Translations under genes and position numbers: made by a program
In this document: positions 30,503 through 40,898 of the stretch, piece after piece
Numbering within the stretch: the stretch's first letter is position 1
Layout: each line of letters begins with the position of its first letter
Notes under the pieces: model-generated
Told to the model about the DNA's origin: nothing
The model's database searches: none
Seen by the model: only the letters and a program-made list of their open reading frames with translations
DNA from: Candidatus Latescibacterota bacterium
GTDB taxonomy: Bacteria > Latescibacterota > UBA2968
NCBI GenBank assembly: GCA_965207885.1
Contig: OZ242311.1
Location: forward strand, 3,904,001 to 3,968,000
Reading direction: 5' to 3'
DNA length: 64,000 nt

Positions 30503-31870
30503 CTAATTCTTCGGCCAGTCAAAATGCGCGTTAATATTTTCCACGTATTTCATCGGCTCATTGGGTTCAATATTAAACAGCGCATCCAGCACCTCCAACC
30601 CGTGCTGGTATGATTTTGTCTCCTTACTTTCGAGCACGCCAAATAGCATCATCGACTTATCGCCCGACAAAACCGCTTCGAGCGTGCGCTCCATATTGAG
30701 CCAATCGGGATAAATGCACTCCAGCATAATTTTCTTTGGCAATGGCGGCACGCGCAAAGGCTGAATGCCCTTCTTATTCACAATCGCGGGAACTTCCACC
30801 GCCACATCGTCGGGAATACCCGGTAGCGCGCCGCAATTGGGCACATTCACCTGAAACTGACCCTCCACATTGTTCACCAGCCCATTCATAATCGGAATAT
30901 GCTGCTCGTGCGTCATCTGATCGCCAAACAAATCAATCGGCCGAATTTTCTCATCATAAGCCGCCGCCTTCATCTGCTCGTATTTTTCTGCCTTACCCTC
31001 CAGCACCGCATCGCGGCCGGCTGGCGTGTCTTTACCCCCATTGGGGTCGTACCAGTATTTCCGCGCATCCAGATCCGTGTGATACCACCAACCGCCCCGC
31101 CGGGGCGTATCGCCAATGGGCATCAAACCATACATCTTGTATTGATGAATCGATGCGCGCGACATCTGCGTGGGAATAGACTTGCCCTCTCGGGTCAACC
31201 GCTCCCAATACGCCTCGCTCTCCTCCGCAATCCACTGATCCAACTTCGGATACATATCCTCATTCTCAAAGATAAAATCCGTCATCCAAATATTGTGATT
31301 CAGTCCCGGTGCCTGCCACGTCACCTCATCCGGATCCAATCCCAATGTGCGCGCCACACCCGCATAGCCATAATGCCCGTGACACAACCCGCACACCTTA
31401 ATCTCCGTCTCCCGCGTCATCAATGTCGTCCCATCAAATACCGGATTACCCGCCAGCAAAATCCACGCATCGGGACACAGCTTCTCCATATCTCTCGCCA
31501 CATCCAGCATCAGTTGCAAATTGTAATACTCGGGCATCCCGGTCTTATCGTAAAAATACCCGAGCTTCGCCGTCATCTTGCGTCGCCGCTGCATAAAATA
31601 CTCATTGTGCGTCACCGTCGCCGTATTGATCACAAAATCGGCATCCTGCAACGCGGCCTCTCTATCAGTCGTTTTCTCAAACGTCATATCCGCGCTCAAA
31701 TCTTCGGCATAACGCCGCCCGAGTTCGTAAATCACATCGAGCACTTCCTCATTGATATCCATAAAACAAACGTGGCTGCCATTCAATTCCTTTGTCAGAC
31801 ACAAATCCTTCACCAGCCCGAGCGAAAACACCACGCTACCCGCACCAAAAATCGTCACCTTATTTGCCAT
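30503..31870 (-). CDS. Glycoside hydrolase family 4 (NAD-dependent alpha-galactosidase/glucosidase)
   Basis: IFGAGSVVF, DADFVI, NP, GLCHG, GLNH. Confidence 0.9.
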   Translation of the reverse strand: MANKVTIFGAGSVVFSLGLVKDLCLTKELNGSHVCFMDINEEVLDVIYELGRRYAEDLSADMTFEKTTDREAALQDADFVINTATVTHNEYFMQRRRKMTAKLGYFYDKTGMPEYYNLQLMLDVARDMEKLCPDAWILLAGNPVFDGTTLMTRETEIKVCGLCHGHYGYAGVARTLGLDPDEVTWQAPGLNHNIWMTDFIFENEDMYPKLDQWIAEESEAYWERLTREGKSIPTQMSRASIHQYKMYGLMPIGDTPRRGGWWYHTDLDARKYWYDPNGGKDTPAGRDAVLEGKAEKYEQMKAAAYDEKIRPIDLFGDQMTHEQHIPIMNGLVNNVEGQFQVNVPNCGALPGIPDDVAVEVPAIVNKKGIQPLRVPPLPKKIMLECIYPDWLNMERTLEAVLSGDKSMMLFGVLESKETKSYQHGLEVLDALFNIEPNEPMKYVENINAHFDWPKN

Positions 31871-31960
31871 TACGCACTCCCTATAAAAACATGAGAAACA
31901 ACACTCTCGCACAATTTACAACAACCCATCCCGTCTCGCCAGTTCTTTCCCCGTATATAC

Positions 31961-32749
31961 TCAACGATTCAGACGCCTTTTCCATTCATCGCCATCAAAT
32001 TGCGGGTGATACACCTCGCTGAAAAACCGACGGTGTTCTGGCGAAAGTGAATTGAGCATCTCATCAGTAAACCCGGGTTTGTGATGGCGCACATTGATGT
32101 GATTATAAGCATAAAACAGAGCCATCCGTGGCTCGTCCTGCGTCCAAACACAAGACGTATGGCGCACAGCCTCGGAAAAAACCAGCAGAGAACCCGGCGG
32201 ACAGCCATACGTATCCCACACCCCCGAATCGGGATCGTCGAACAAAGGCAGCTTTTTCCTGTAATTGGACTTGTGGCTCCCCGGAATAAACGCCGTCCCT
32301 CCTTTTCCCTTCTCCACGCCATTTAATTCCCAAACCACCCTCGTCATCCCGGAATAAATCCGCCCGTCGTGATACTGATAGCTATAATTGGGATTCACGG
32401 ACTTACCCCCGGCATGCGGCGTCCATCCCCTGTGATTATCTCCCTTAAAGCGACAAGACAAAAAAGCGCCTTCCAGACGGATCTTCTCGGTCTCATCGTC
32501 AATAACCGTATGTAACACCCGCATAATCGCCGGATGATCGATCAATTTCGACGCGGGACCACCTGGCAAACAACGCGCCTCGGGCGGCAAAGAATCTCTA
32601 TCGGTACGCAATTTCTCACACTGTTCCACAATCGGCGCCATCTCATCCTCGCTCAAAACAGCCGGAAAGAGAATATACCCCCTCAAGTCAAACATCACGG
32701 TTTCTTTCTCCGTCAAAGTCGGCGACCATTCTTTTCCCGAAATACCCAT
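31961..32749 (-). CDS. PhyH-family Fe/2OG oxygenase, HxG variant
   Basis: FDLRGY, PHAGG, IPGSHK, EAVRH. Confidence 0.8.
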   Translation of the reverse strand: MGISGKEWSPTLTEKETVMFDLRGYILFPAVLSEDEMAPIVEQCEKLRTDRDSLPPEARCLPGGPASKLIDHPAIMRVLHTVIDDETEKIRLEGAFLSCRFKGDNHRGWTPHAGGKSVNPNYSYQYHDGRIYSGMTRVVWELNGVEKGKGGTAFIPGSHKSNYRKKLPLFDDPDSGVWDTYGCPPGSLLVFSEAVRHTSCVWTQDEPRMALFYAYNHINVRHHKPGFTDEMLNSLSPEHRRFFSEVYHPQFDGDEWKRRLNR

Positions 32750-32765
32750 CGCAAAACCTCCCGTT

Positions 32766-34073
32766 TTAATTCCTCTCCACCCACCACATATCCCGATGTT
32801 TTTCAGCCAATGCCTTGAGTTCTTGCGCCACATCGGGATACTCGTCAATCACATTCGTCGTCTCGTAGGGATCGTTTTCCATATCAAAAAGCGACAACTC
32901 GATATGCGCGGTCTTGTATTCCCCTGGCGCTCCATCATTGCCCGCTTCCACAAGCGTGCGATAATCGTGTGGCAAATGCAACTTCCACTTGCCATCTCCA
33001 CTGACCACCCCATCGAAAGTTCGCCCAGTTGAAACCGGATAATACACATGCGAATTCGTCGCATCTGGCTGGCACGTCACAATATCCCAAACATCGACCC
33101 CATCAATCGTATAATCCGGCAAATCCGCCCCCGCCAGCTTCGCAAACGTCGGCAAAAAATCCACCGAACAAAATGCCTGATGCGATACCTCACCCGCTGG
33201 AATGCCATTAGGATAGTGCATCACACACGCCGAGCGCGTACCCCCGTCAAAACCCGTCCCCTTTGCCTCGCGATAAGGCGTCTTCCCCGCGTGATTGCCA
33301 TAAGAAATCCAGGGACCATTATCCGACGTAAAAACCACAACCGTATCATCTGCCACACCCGCTTCTTCAAGCGCATTCATAATCTCACCCACACACCAAT
33401 CAATCTCCATCATCACATCGGCATACAAACCTTCCCCCGATTTTCCGTCGAACTTATCGCTGCAAAACAGCGGCACATGCGGCATATTGTGGGGCACATA
33501 CAGGAAAAACGGCTCATCGGCATGACGCCCGATAAAATCGACCGCATGCTCCGTGTACCACGTCGTCAACATCTTCTGCTGCTCTGGCGACACATCGTCA
33601 ATAACAATCTCGCCATTTTTCCAGAACTGCAATTCCATAGCGTCAAAATTCCTGCTCTGCGGATGGTATTTCCACATATCATTGGAATACATCAAACCCG
33701 ACGACTCATCAAACCCCCGAGCGGGTGGACGCGTATCCTCGTGATCGCCAATATGCCACTTGCCAAACACGCCCGTTGCATAACCCACAGGCTTGAGCAC
33801 CTCGGCAATCGTAGCAAAACTCGGGTCCAAACCTCGCGCCCGGGGCGGAATCGCGCCATAAACCTTATGCCTGCCCGGATAACACCCCGTCAACAATGAC
33901 GCCCGCGACGCCGAACAAACCGCCTGAGGCACATAAAACTGGTGATAACAACACCCGCCTGCAGCCAATTTCTCCACATTGGGCGTCGGATACGCCGTCT
34001 CTCCAAATGGACGAAAATCCGCCCATCCGGAATCATCTAAAAAAATCACTACAAAATTTGGTCTTCGGTTCAA
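32766..34073 (-). CDS. Arylsulfatase (Cys-type)
   Basis: PNFVVIFLDD, CSASRASLLTG, GKWH, SDNG. Confidence 0.95.
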   Translation of the reverse strand: MNRRPNFVVIFLDDSGWADFRPFGETAYPTPNVEKLAAGGCCYHQFYVPQAVCSASRASLLTGCYPGRHKVYGAIPPRARGLDPSFATIAEVLKPVGYATGVFGKWHIGDHEDTRPPARGFDESSGLMYSNDMWKYHPQSRNFDAMELQFWKNGEIVIDDVSPEQQKMLTTWYTEHAVDFIGRHADEPFFLYVPHNMPHVPLFCSDKFDGKSGEGLYADVMMEIDWCVGEIMNALEEAGVADDTVVVFTSDNGPWISYGNHAGKTPYREAKGTGFDGGTRSACVMHYPNGIPAGEVSHQAFCSVDFLPTFAKLAGADLPDYTIDGVDVWDIVTCQPDATNSHVYYPVSTGRTFDGVVSGDGKWKLHLPHDYRTLVEAGNDGAPGEYKTAHIELSLFDMENDPYETTNVIDEYPDVAQELKALAEKHRDMWWVERN

Positions 34074-34190
34074 GATGTAATCCTCCTTAAAAACTGCATT
34101 ACAGTATGCATTGTTCTTGACGACAACGCCCTACTACCCGATTATTATAGAACGAACTTGCTTTATCAGTCAATCTCTCTGGAGCTTTCA

Positions 34191-35093
34191 ATGGCAACCA
34201 TCTCCGAAGAAGCCACCTCCCGCGTCACCGAAGACGACGTGGCTTTTTACCGCGAAAATGGATACCTCGTAATCCCCGATGCACTCACCCCCGAAGAAGT
34301 CGAAATCCTGCGCGGCGAAACCACTGCCCTGTGCCGCGGGGAGCGCGGCGACATAGGCAATTTACCAGCCATCTCGTCCGACGACACCGACGACGACGTG
34401 ATCAAGCGCATCCTGTGTATCCACCACGTACACAGAATCTCGCCCATCATGTACGACGCGCTATCCCATCCCGTCATGGTCGATGGCCTTACGAGCGTCA
34501 TCGGTCCCAATGTCAAATGCATGCAATCCATGCTCTTCATCAAAAGCGCGGGAAAACCCGGACAAGCATGGCATCAGGACGAAATCTACATCCCCACCCG
34601 CGACCAGTCACTCACAGGTGGCTGGTTTGCCCTGGACGATGCCACCACGGAAAACGGCTGCTTGTGGGTCATTCCCGGCTCGCACAAACGCGGCATATTG
34701 TGGCCCCAACACGTACAGCACGACAAGCGCTTTGACTGCGCCCATGAAACCTTCCGATTCCCCTACACAGATGACGACGCCATCCCCGTCGAAGTCAAAA
34801 CAGGCGCGCTCGTCTTCTTTCACGGCTACTTACTCCACCGCTCGTTCCCCAACCGCGCCAAATCAGGCTTCCGTCGCGTACTCGTCAACCACTACATGAG
34901 CGCGGAATCCCTCCTCCCCTGGCGCAATTTGAAACCCGGCGAACGCATGGCAACCGCAGACATGCGAGAAATCATCATGATCGCAGGTGAAGACCCCTAT
35001 GCGTACAAAGGCACCAAAATAACGGGACAACCGCACGTGCGCACGGCAGGCGATGGCGGATGCGGCGACGGCAGGCAAGACGTGCGATCCTGA
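34191..35093 (+). CDS. PhyH-family dioxygenase
   Basis: FYRENGY, WHQD, NGCL.VIPGSH, LLHRS..N. Confidence 0.9.
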   Translation: MATISEEATSRVTEDDVAFYRENGYLVIPDALTPEEVEILRGETTALCRGERGDIGNLPAISSDDTDDDVIKRILCIHHVHRISPIMYDALSHPVMVDGLTSVIGPNVKCMQSMLFIKSAGKPGQAWHQDEIYIPTRDQSLTGGWFALDDATTENGCLWVIPGSHKRGILWPQHVQHDKRFDCAHETFRFPYTDDDAIPVEVKTGALVFFHGYLLHRSFPNRAKSGFRRVLVNHYMSAESLLPWRNLKPGERMATADMREIIMIAGEDPYAYKGTKITGQPHVRTAGDGGCGDGRQDVRS

Positions 35094-35098
35094 AACCC

Positions 35099-36514
35099 TC
35101 ACTGGTACTGATCGCCCGGCGCGGGCAAGTACGTTTTCGCAATCTCCGGGTCGGTCTCTGTATCCTCAATCAATTCCAAAAGCGCCCTGTGCAACCGCCT
35201 TGCTTCTTCGGAATGCTCGGCAATCACATTATTTTCCTGACCGGAATCTTCCGGCATATAAAACAACTCATCCACGCGGCGCTCGGGCATATTGCGACAA
35301 TCGTAGCGCTCAGTGCGAATCGGTTTAGGACCCCTGTATTTTAGATCTTTATTGGGCCAATACACCAGCGTCCACGTACCATCGGTTATGGTAGCAGGCA
35401 CAGTGCCCCAGCTATCATTCAAATTGCGCCCGCTAATTGCAAAATCCCGATGCTCCACCGTCTTACCCGACAAAACATCGGCAAATGACTCTCCCTGCAC
35501 GCCATTGGGCACATCCAATCTCGCCAATTCGCAAAGCGTGGGAAACACATCCACCGGCTGCACCAGACTATCCACCTGATTGCCCGCCATCGCCCCATCC
35601 GGATGATACACCATAAACGGGATATGAACCATCGGATCGTAAAGCTGCCCCCAATCTCCCCAGGGCTTGCCCTGCAATCCGTGATCCCCAAAATAGTGCC
35701 CGTGATCTGCCATCAGCAAAAAAACCGTATTTTCCTTTAAGCCCAGCACATCTATCGTATCCCACAACATCCCCAACCACCGATCCGTCATCGTCACCTC
35801 AGCCGCGTATAATGCGCGCACGTGATTGAGTTCCTCATCCGTCATATAATTGCTGAACCCATAACACGGATAAATAAGCTCATCGCCTTCATAACCCGGA
35901 TCGTACATATCCACATAATACTGCGGCGGATCCCACGGCTCGTGCGGATCCCACGAATCGATCCACAGAAAAAAACCATCCTTCACATAATTCCGCTCCA
36001 GCCAGTGCATCGCCTCGGTAAACACGCGAGGACCCAGATAATCCGATTCAAACAACCGCCCGCGCTGATTCGCCAAGTAGCGAATCACCCCGGATTTCAC
36101 TTTATCCTCACTGGCTGGCCATTTGATCTCCTCCAACGCATCGCTAATCCACGGCTCACCCCCCTGCCCGCGAATCCACGAAATAGAACCAAATCCGCGA
36201 TCCAGAAAATTGCCCTGAGTCATAAACATCGGCGTATCAAAAATCAGCCCGGTTGTATATCCTTCGCGGCGAAAGCGCTCGGCCATCGTGGGCAAATTCT
36301 GTTCCATTTTATCCCATGTATTAAACGGATGTCCCCAACGTCCCGTAAACAAATCGCGCCGACACGGCAGGGTTGGAAACGATCCCGAATACGCCTTAGA
36401 AAACACCAGCGACTCACGCGCGATGCGATCCATATTCGGCGTCCTTGCCCGGTCGCCATAAGCACCCACGTGATCTGCCCGCAACGAATCCAGCATCACA
36501 CAAATAACGTTCAC
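35099..36514 (-). CDS. Sulfatase-like hydrolase with Thr at the nucleophile position
   Basis: DSLRADH, PTLPCRRDLFTG, DPHEPW, ADHG; GTG start after GAGGAG. Confidence 0.85.
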   Translation of the reverse strand: MNVICVMLDSLRADHVGAYGDRARTPNMDRIARESLVFSKAYSGSFPTLPCRRDLFTGRWGHPFNTWDKMEQNLPTMAERFRREGYTTGLIFDTPMFMTQGNFLDRGFGSISWIRGQGGEPWISDALEEIKWPASEDKVKSGVIRYLANQRGRLFESDYLGPRVFTEAMHWLERNYVKDGFFLWIDSWDPHEPWDPPQYYVDMYDPGYEGDELIYPCYGFSNYMTDEELNHVRALYAAEVTMTDRWLGMLWDTIDVLGLKENTVFLLMADHGHYFGDHGLQGKPWGDWGQLYDPMVHIPFMVYHPDGAMAGNQVDSLVQPVDVFPTLCELARLDVPNGVQGESFADVLSGKTVEHRDFAISGRNLNDSWGTVPATITDGTWTLVYWPNKDLKYRGPKPIRTERYDCRNMPERRVDELFYMPEDSGQENNVIAEHSEEARRLHRALLELIEDTETDPEIAKTYLPAPGDQYQ

Positions 36515-36530
36515 AGTTTTCTCCTCATCT

Positions 36531-37514
36531 TTAAAGATGCCCAACGCCCCGCAACACCGCCTCTTGAACCAGCAACTCGTGTTCATAAGATCTATCCGGC
36601 GCACGCGTACCTCGGATAGCCGGTAAAAACGCCTCCAATTCCAAATCGTACAAATCCTGCCGCGATTGTTGTGCCACATCGACAAATTGAACACCCTCTT
36701 CAAACCCATCGCGCGCCTCGTCCAAACACAGACGGATTTTCTCCGTAGGCTCCATCGGCTCCATAATCGCACTCCCCTTTGTGCCATACACCTCAAACCG
36801 ACGCGCGTTGGGCCGCGGCTCCAGCGCCGCGATATCGACAATGGCTATCGCTCGCTCAAATTCAAAAATACCCACCCCATTATCGGTAAAACCCTCGACA
36901 TCGAGCATATCCTCGCGCAAAAATGGCGTCACGCGCTCGGGCCTGCCCAAAAGATGGACAATCTGATCGAGCTGATGCCCACACAAATCGAAAAACACCC
37001 CACCCTGATGCACCGCGACAACTTTTTTCTGCGCTCTACCCAGAAACGTGGACATATGCGCCCGAACCGCAAACACATCGCCCAACAAACCCGAATGCAC
37101 CCACTCTGCGATCTTGCAATACCCATCGTGATACCGAAACATGTATCCCATCTGAATCAGCAAATCCCCCTCCCGTGCCCGTGCGATAATCCGCTGCCAT
37201 TGATCCCAATTTTCCCCAGCGGGTTTATCGTACCACACATGCTTCCCCGCCCGAATAATGGCCTCTGTCTGATCCAGACTCTCGACATTTGCACCCTCTG
37301 ATGCAACAGCCACAATCTCATCATCATCCAGCATTTCCGCTTCCGACTCAAACCAATAAACGCCTTCATAACGGCCCGATTGCGCCATCTCACCACGGCG
37401 TCTCTCATCGGGTTCAAACACACCAACCACCTCCACCTCTGCATTGGTTTGCATCGACTGCAATTTTCCGACTGCGTGACCGTGTTTTGTACCGTATTGC
37501 GCCATTTTAACCAT
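36531..37514 (-). CDS. Gfo/Idh/MocA-family oxidoreductase
   Basis: AGKHVWYDKP, GYMFRY, DLCGH. Confidence 0.9.
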   Translation of the reverse strand: MVKMAQYGTKHGHAVGKLQSMQTNAEVEVVGVFEPDERRRGEMAQSGRYEGVYWFESEAEMLDDDEIVAVASEGANVESLDQTEAIIRAGKHVWYDKPAGENWDQWQRIIARAREGDLLIQMGYMFRYHDGYCKIAEWVHSGLLGDVFAVRAHMSTFLGRAQKKVVAVHQGGVFFDLCGHQLDQIVHLLGRPERVTPFLREDMLDVEGFTDNGVGIFEFERAIAIVDIAALEPRPNARRFEVYGTKGSAIMEPMEPTEKIRLCLDEARDGFEEGVQFVDVAQQSRQDLYDLELEAFLPAIRGTRAPDRSYEHELLVQEAVLRGVGHL

Positions 37515-37525
37515 AGCTCACCCTC

Positions 37526-38392
37526 CTAAATGTCAACAAACTCGCGTTGTGCCCGTTCTTGTTCCGCCACATCCAGAATGCGTCGAATCAGCAAACTTTC
37601 CAGACGTGGAATATTTGCCTCACCACTTTCAAAAAGATCCATAATCGCCCCGGTAGAACGCGGAAAAATCACCGCCCGATCTACCTCCATATACCGCGTT
37701 TCTTCTGTCGTCGTCACAACAGCAGCCTGCGGCGTCCTGTGTTTTTCATTCATATTGATCACCGCGGTTCGGTTGCCCGTAAAATCAATCAAAATCTGAT
37801 TGTACTTTCCCTTACCCCGGCGCATCAGCCTTTTTGCCCTCGTCCCCATACAACTCACCACAATTTCTGTCGGATGAATCCCATACTCATCGAAAGACCG
37901 TCCACTCTGCCAGACAACCAGGTGTTTCACCTTGCGGGGACCGACTTCTCGCACAAAATCCTGCACATTGCTATACCGCAGTGCAGACGAAGTCTGTATT
38001 GGAACGCGATACTTATCTGCAAGCGCGAATATCTGTTGCGCCGTATCGAGATCGGGTGCAAATGTCTTATCCACATAAGTCGCCTTGCCGAATGGAAAAA
38101 TCGCCTCACACATTGCCAGATGTCGCTCCGGAGTCCTCGGCGCCAGAACGAGATAATAATCAACCACATCGTTCAAAGCCTGCACGTCCGAAAAATAGGG
38201 CACCCCATTTTCCTCTGCCCAGGCGAGACTCGACTTCTGGCGAATACCCGTACAACCCGTCACCTCAAATCCCCGGTCCTTCAATTCATTCCTGAACGCA
38301 CTCAAATACACATTTGCGTGAAAATTATTCAGATCGAGATCGTAAAAACCGACGCGTTTCAAGCGGCGAACTCCTTTCAGAATAGGGGTCAA
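37526..38392 (-). CDS. Gfo/Idh/MocA-like oxidoreductase
   Basis: YVDKTFA, SSALRY, YGIH. Confidence 0.75.
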   Translation of the reverse strand: MTPILKGVRRLKRVGFYDLDLNNFHANVYLSAFRNELKDRGFEVTGCTGIRQKSSLAWAEENGVPYFSDVQALNDVVDYYLVLAPRTPERHLAMCEAIFPFGKATYVDKTFAPDLDTAQQIFALADKYRVPIQTSSALRYSNVQDFVREVGPRKVKHLVVWQSGRSFDEYGIHPTEIVVSCMGTRAKRLMRRGKGKYNQILIDFTGNRTAVINMNEKHRTPQAAVVTTTEETRYMEVDRAVIFPRSTGAIMDLFESGEANIPRLESLLIRRILDVAEQERAQREFVDI

Positions 38393-38396
38393 TAGA

Positions 38397-39902
38397 TCAC
38401 CTCAAACCCAGCCGTACATACTGTTCCGGGGGCGCATCACATGCTTCCATCCCCTGAATCAACAGATCCACCATTCGTTTTTCAACCTCCGGATTCTCCA
38501 GCGGATTTTCCTGTTTTGGATCCTGTTCCAGATCGTATAACAAAGTCCCAAAATCATGGATTCTCAACAACCTGGGACTAAACCCCTTGCTATCCCGCCC
38601 AGTGTGAATCTTCAGCACCTCACACCCTTTGGTAAAACTGAGCGGTTCGGAAAGCGCCATCTTGCCCACCAATTCCTCTGGGGCAAAATGAGATCGGATA
38701 TGGGTTGGCATCAACGTATATTCAAACAGTGGCTGATTTTCCCGATCTGCCGATGCCCGCATATACACATACCGCCCATCCGTCACATTGCCCTGATGTC
38801 CGTGCATCCCAAAAACCGCTGCCTCCCGCACCGCCGTATCGTTATCCACCGCATCGCCAAGTGGTTTGCCGAGCATATCCACTGTCGGCTCCAAACCAAA
38901 AAAGTCCAGCAACGTCGGCCCCAGATCAATCGACGGCTGCACCAATGCCTCCCGCCGTTCCCCTTTCTTACCGCACCGCGGATCCCAGATAAAAAACGGT
39001 GTATGAGCCACTTCCTCATAAAATGGCATCCACATCTTTGCCCAGCAATCGTGCTCACTCAGCAAAAACCCGTGATCGGTCCACACCACCAGCAACGTAT
39101 CTTCCCACATCTCTAATTCATCCATCAAATCCAGCACATCGCCCAGCTTGGCATCGCACATCGACAGCAACGAAGCATATTCAAACCGCATATGCTCAAT
39201 TTGCTCTCGCGTCTCTTTCACCGGTTCATAGCTCGGCCAATCGTGCAACGGGCCGTCGTAATCGCGATAATGCTCGGCGTAGAGATCCTTAAACTTGCGC
39301 TGAGAAAAAAACGGCTCGTGGGGATCAAATGTTTCAATCTGCAAAAACCAATTGTCTTCCGTGTAATTCCGCCGAATAAAATCAATCCCCGCCTCAAACG
39401 TCTTCGACTGGGGTTGATCTTCTTCCCGACGCATAAACTGCCGATTGATCAAATCCTGTCGGGACAGGTCATCTTCACCCGAATTTCGCCCATACGTATT
39501 TTCCGTAGAAGGATCTGCCACCTGCCCCTTCCACAGATCCCCTTCCTGTCCCCTGAAAAACTGCCAGGTGCTATACTGGGTGTGATACGTACACCCGCCG
39601 TCTTCCCAATAATGCTGATGATCGCTCACCAGATGGCTCGAAACACCATGCTCTTTTAACATGCGGGGCACCGAATCGTCAAACGGCTCCAGCGGTCCCC
39701 ACGAACGATGCAAAAAATTGGGCCGCCCCGTATGAAAATCCCGCCTGGCCGGCATACACGGCATCGAGCACACATAAGACCTGTCAAACGTCACCGCGCG
39801 CGCTGCCAACCGTTTAAAATTTGGCGTATGCGTCCAGTCACACCCATAGGGCGACAACAGATGTCGATTTAGTGAATCAAACATCACCACAACTGCTTTC
39901 AT
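38397..39902 (-). CDS. Sulfatase (Cys-type)
   Basis: FDSLNR, CMPARRDFHTG, DPHEPF, TDHG. Confidence 0.93.
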   Translation of the reverse strand: MKAVVVMFDSLNRHLLSPYGCDWTHTPNFKRLAARAVTFDRSYVCSMPCMPARRDFHTGRPNFLHRSWGPLEPFDDSVPRMLKEHGVSSHLVSDHQHYWEDGGCTYHTQYSTWQFFRGQEGDLWKGQVADPSTENTYGRNSGEDDLSRQDLINRQFMRREEDQPQSKTFEAGIDFIRRNYTEDNWFLQIETFDPHEPFFSQRKFKDLYAEHYRDYDGPLHDWPSYEPVKETREQIEHMRFEYASLLSMCDAKLGDVLDLMDELEMWEDTLLVVWTDHGFLLSEHDCWAKMWMPFYEEVAHTPFFIWDPRCGKKGERREALVQPSIDLGPTLLDFFGLEPTVDMLGKPLGDAVDNDTAVREAAVFGMHGHQGNVTDGRYVYMRASADRENQPLFEYTLMPTHIRSHFAPEELVGKMALSEPLSFTKGCEVLKIHTGRDSKGFSPRLLRIHDFGTLLYDLEQDPKQENPLENPEVEKRMVDLLIQGMEACDAPPEQYVRLGLR

Positions 39903-39918
39903 ATCTCCTCCTGTTTGA

Positions 39919-40737
39919 TCAAATCCCCACTTCCAACCGATGGGTTGTATCCACAACCGGATCATCTCCCTCAATAAACCGCGCCATCGTATTGTGTGTT
40001 GCCGGTCGAGTTTTGAAATCCGCAATCCACGGCTGCCTGAAATAAGCCTGTTTTTCACGGGGCAAATTTTCCAGCACCACCGGTGGAATATTTAACCGGT
40101 GCCAGTGCGTCGCCAAATGCGAATACGCGTGCAAAATCGTCACCCTGGGCGTATCGCGCTGCCACACAGGACCTGCGTGACACACATTTTCTGTAAAAAA
40201 TAGTGCACTACCCGGCGGGCACTCATACGTCATCAAAAACGGACTGCGCTCCCCCTCCTTCAACGACAAATGCGCCTCGTGCATTGGGAAATTGGCCTTG
40301 TGACTCCCCACAATAAAATGGGTGCCGCCATCCCCTTTATTCACCCCCGACAGTTCAAAAATTACCCGAACCATCCCCGCATGGATGCGCCCAGCCTGAA
40401 CCCGATACCCAAAAATGGGATCTATCTGCCTCGGACCCCCTCCGTGCAATTCGCCATGGGATTGGCCCTTCTTTCTCCAAACACACCCGGCTGCCTCCAG
40501 CCGAATCTCTGGCCCGATAATCTCGTGCAAAACATCGATCACCTTCGGATGATCGATCAACACACTCGCCGGTCCACCGGGAACGGCGCGATGTTCGGGA
40601 GACAAAGATTCGGAATTGTGCTTAATCCGATCAATCTGATCCACAATCGCCGCCACTTCGTCTTTCGATAAAATCGCCGGTCGAACCATAAACCCCGCCA
40701 AATCAAATCTAAATCTCTCCTCTTCGGTCAAGCCCAT
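39919..40737 (-). CDS. PhyH-family Fe/2OG oxygenase, HxG variant
   Basis: FDLAGF, LHGGG, GSHKANF, ENVCH; paralogue of 31961-32749. Confidence 0.8.
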   Translation of the reverse strand: MGLTEEERFRFDLAGFMVRPAILSKDEVAAIVDQIDRIKHNSESLSPEHRAVPGGPASVLIDHPKVIDVLHEIIGPEIRLEAAGCVWRKKGQSHGELHGGGPRQIDPIFGYRVQAGRIHAGMVRVIFELSGVNKGDGGTHFIVGSHKANFPMHEAHLSLKEGERSPFLMTYECPPGSALFFTENVCHAGPVWQRDTPRVTILHAYSHLATHWHRLNIPPVVLENLPREKQAYFRQPWIADFKTRPATHNTMARFIEGDDPVVDTTHRLEVGI

Positions 40738-40832
40738 AGCGAATTCCTCCAATATCTTTGAACGTACACTCCCTTCCAACGCTCTTTAGAATATAACGCC
40801 ATTCACGCTAAGTCAAACGAGATAACTCTGCC

Positions 40833-40861
40833 TTGACTTCCCAATTCCAAATCCCTACCAT
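40833..40861 (+). promoter_or_regulatory. Sigma70-type promoter
   Basis: TTGACT-17 nt-TACCAT upstream of the BHMT operon. Confidence 0.5.
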
Positions 40862-40898
40862 GCAATTGCTTTTGATCCATCATGTTAAAGGACAAGCA

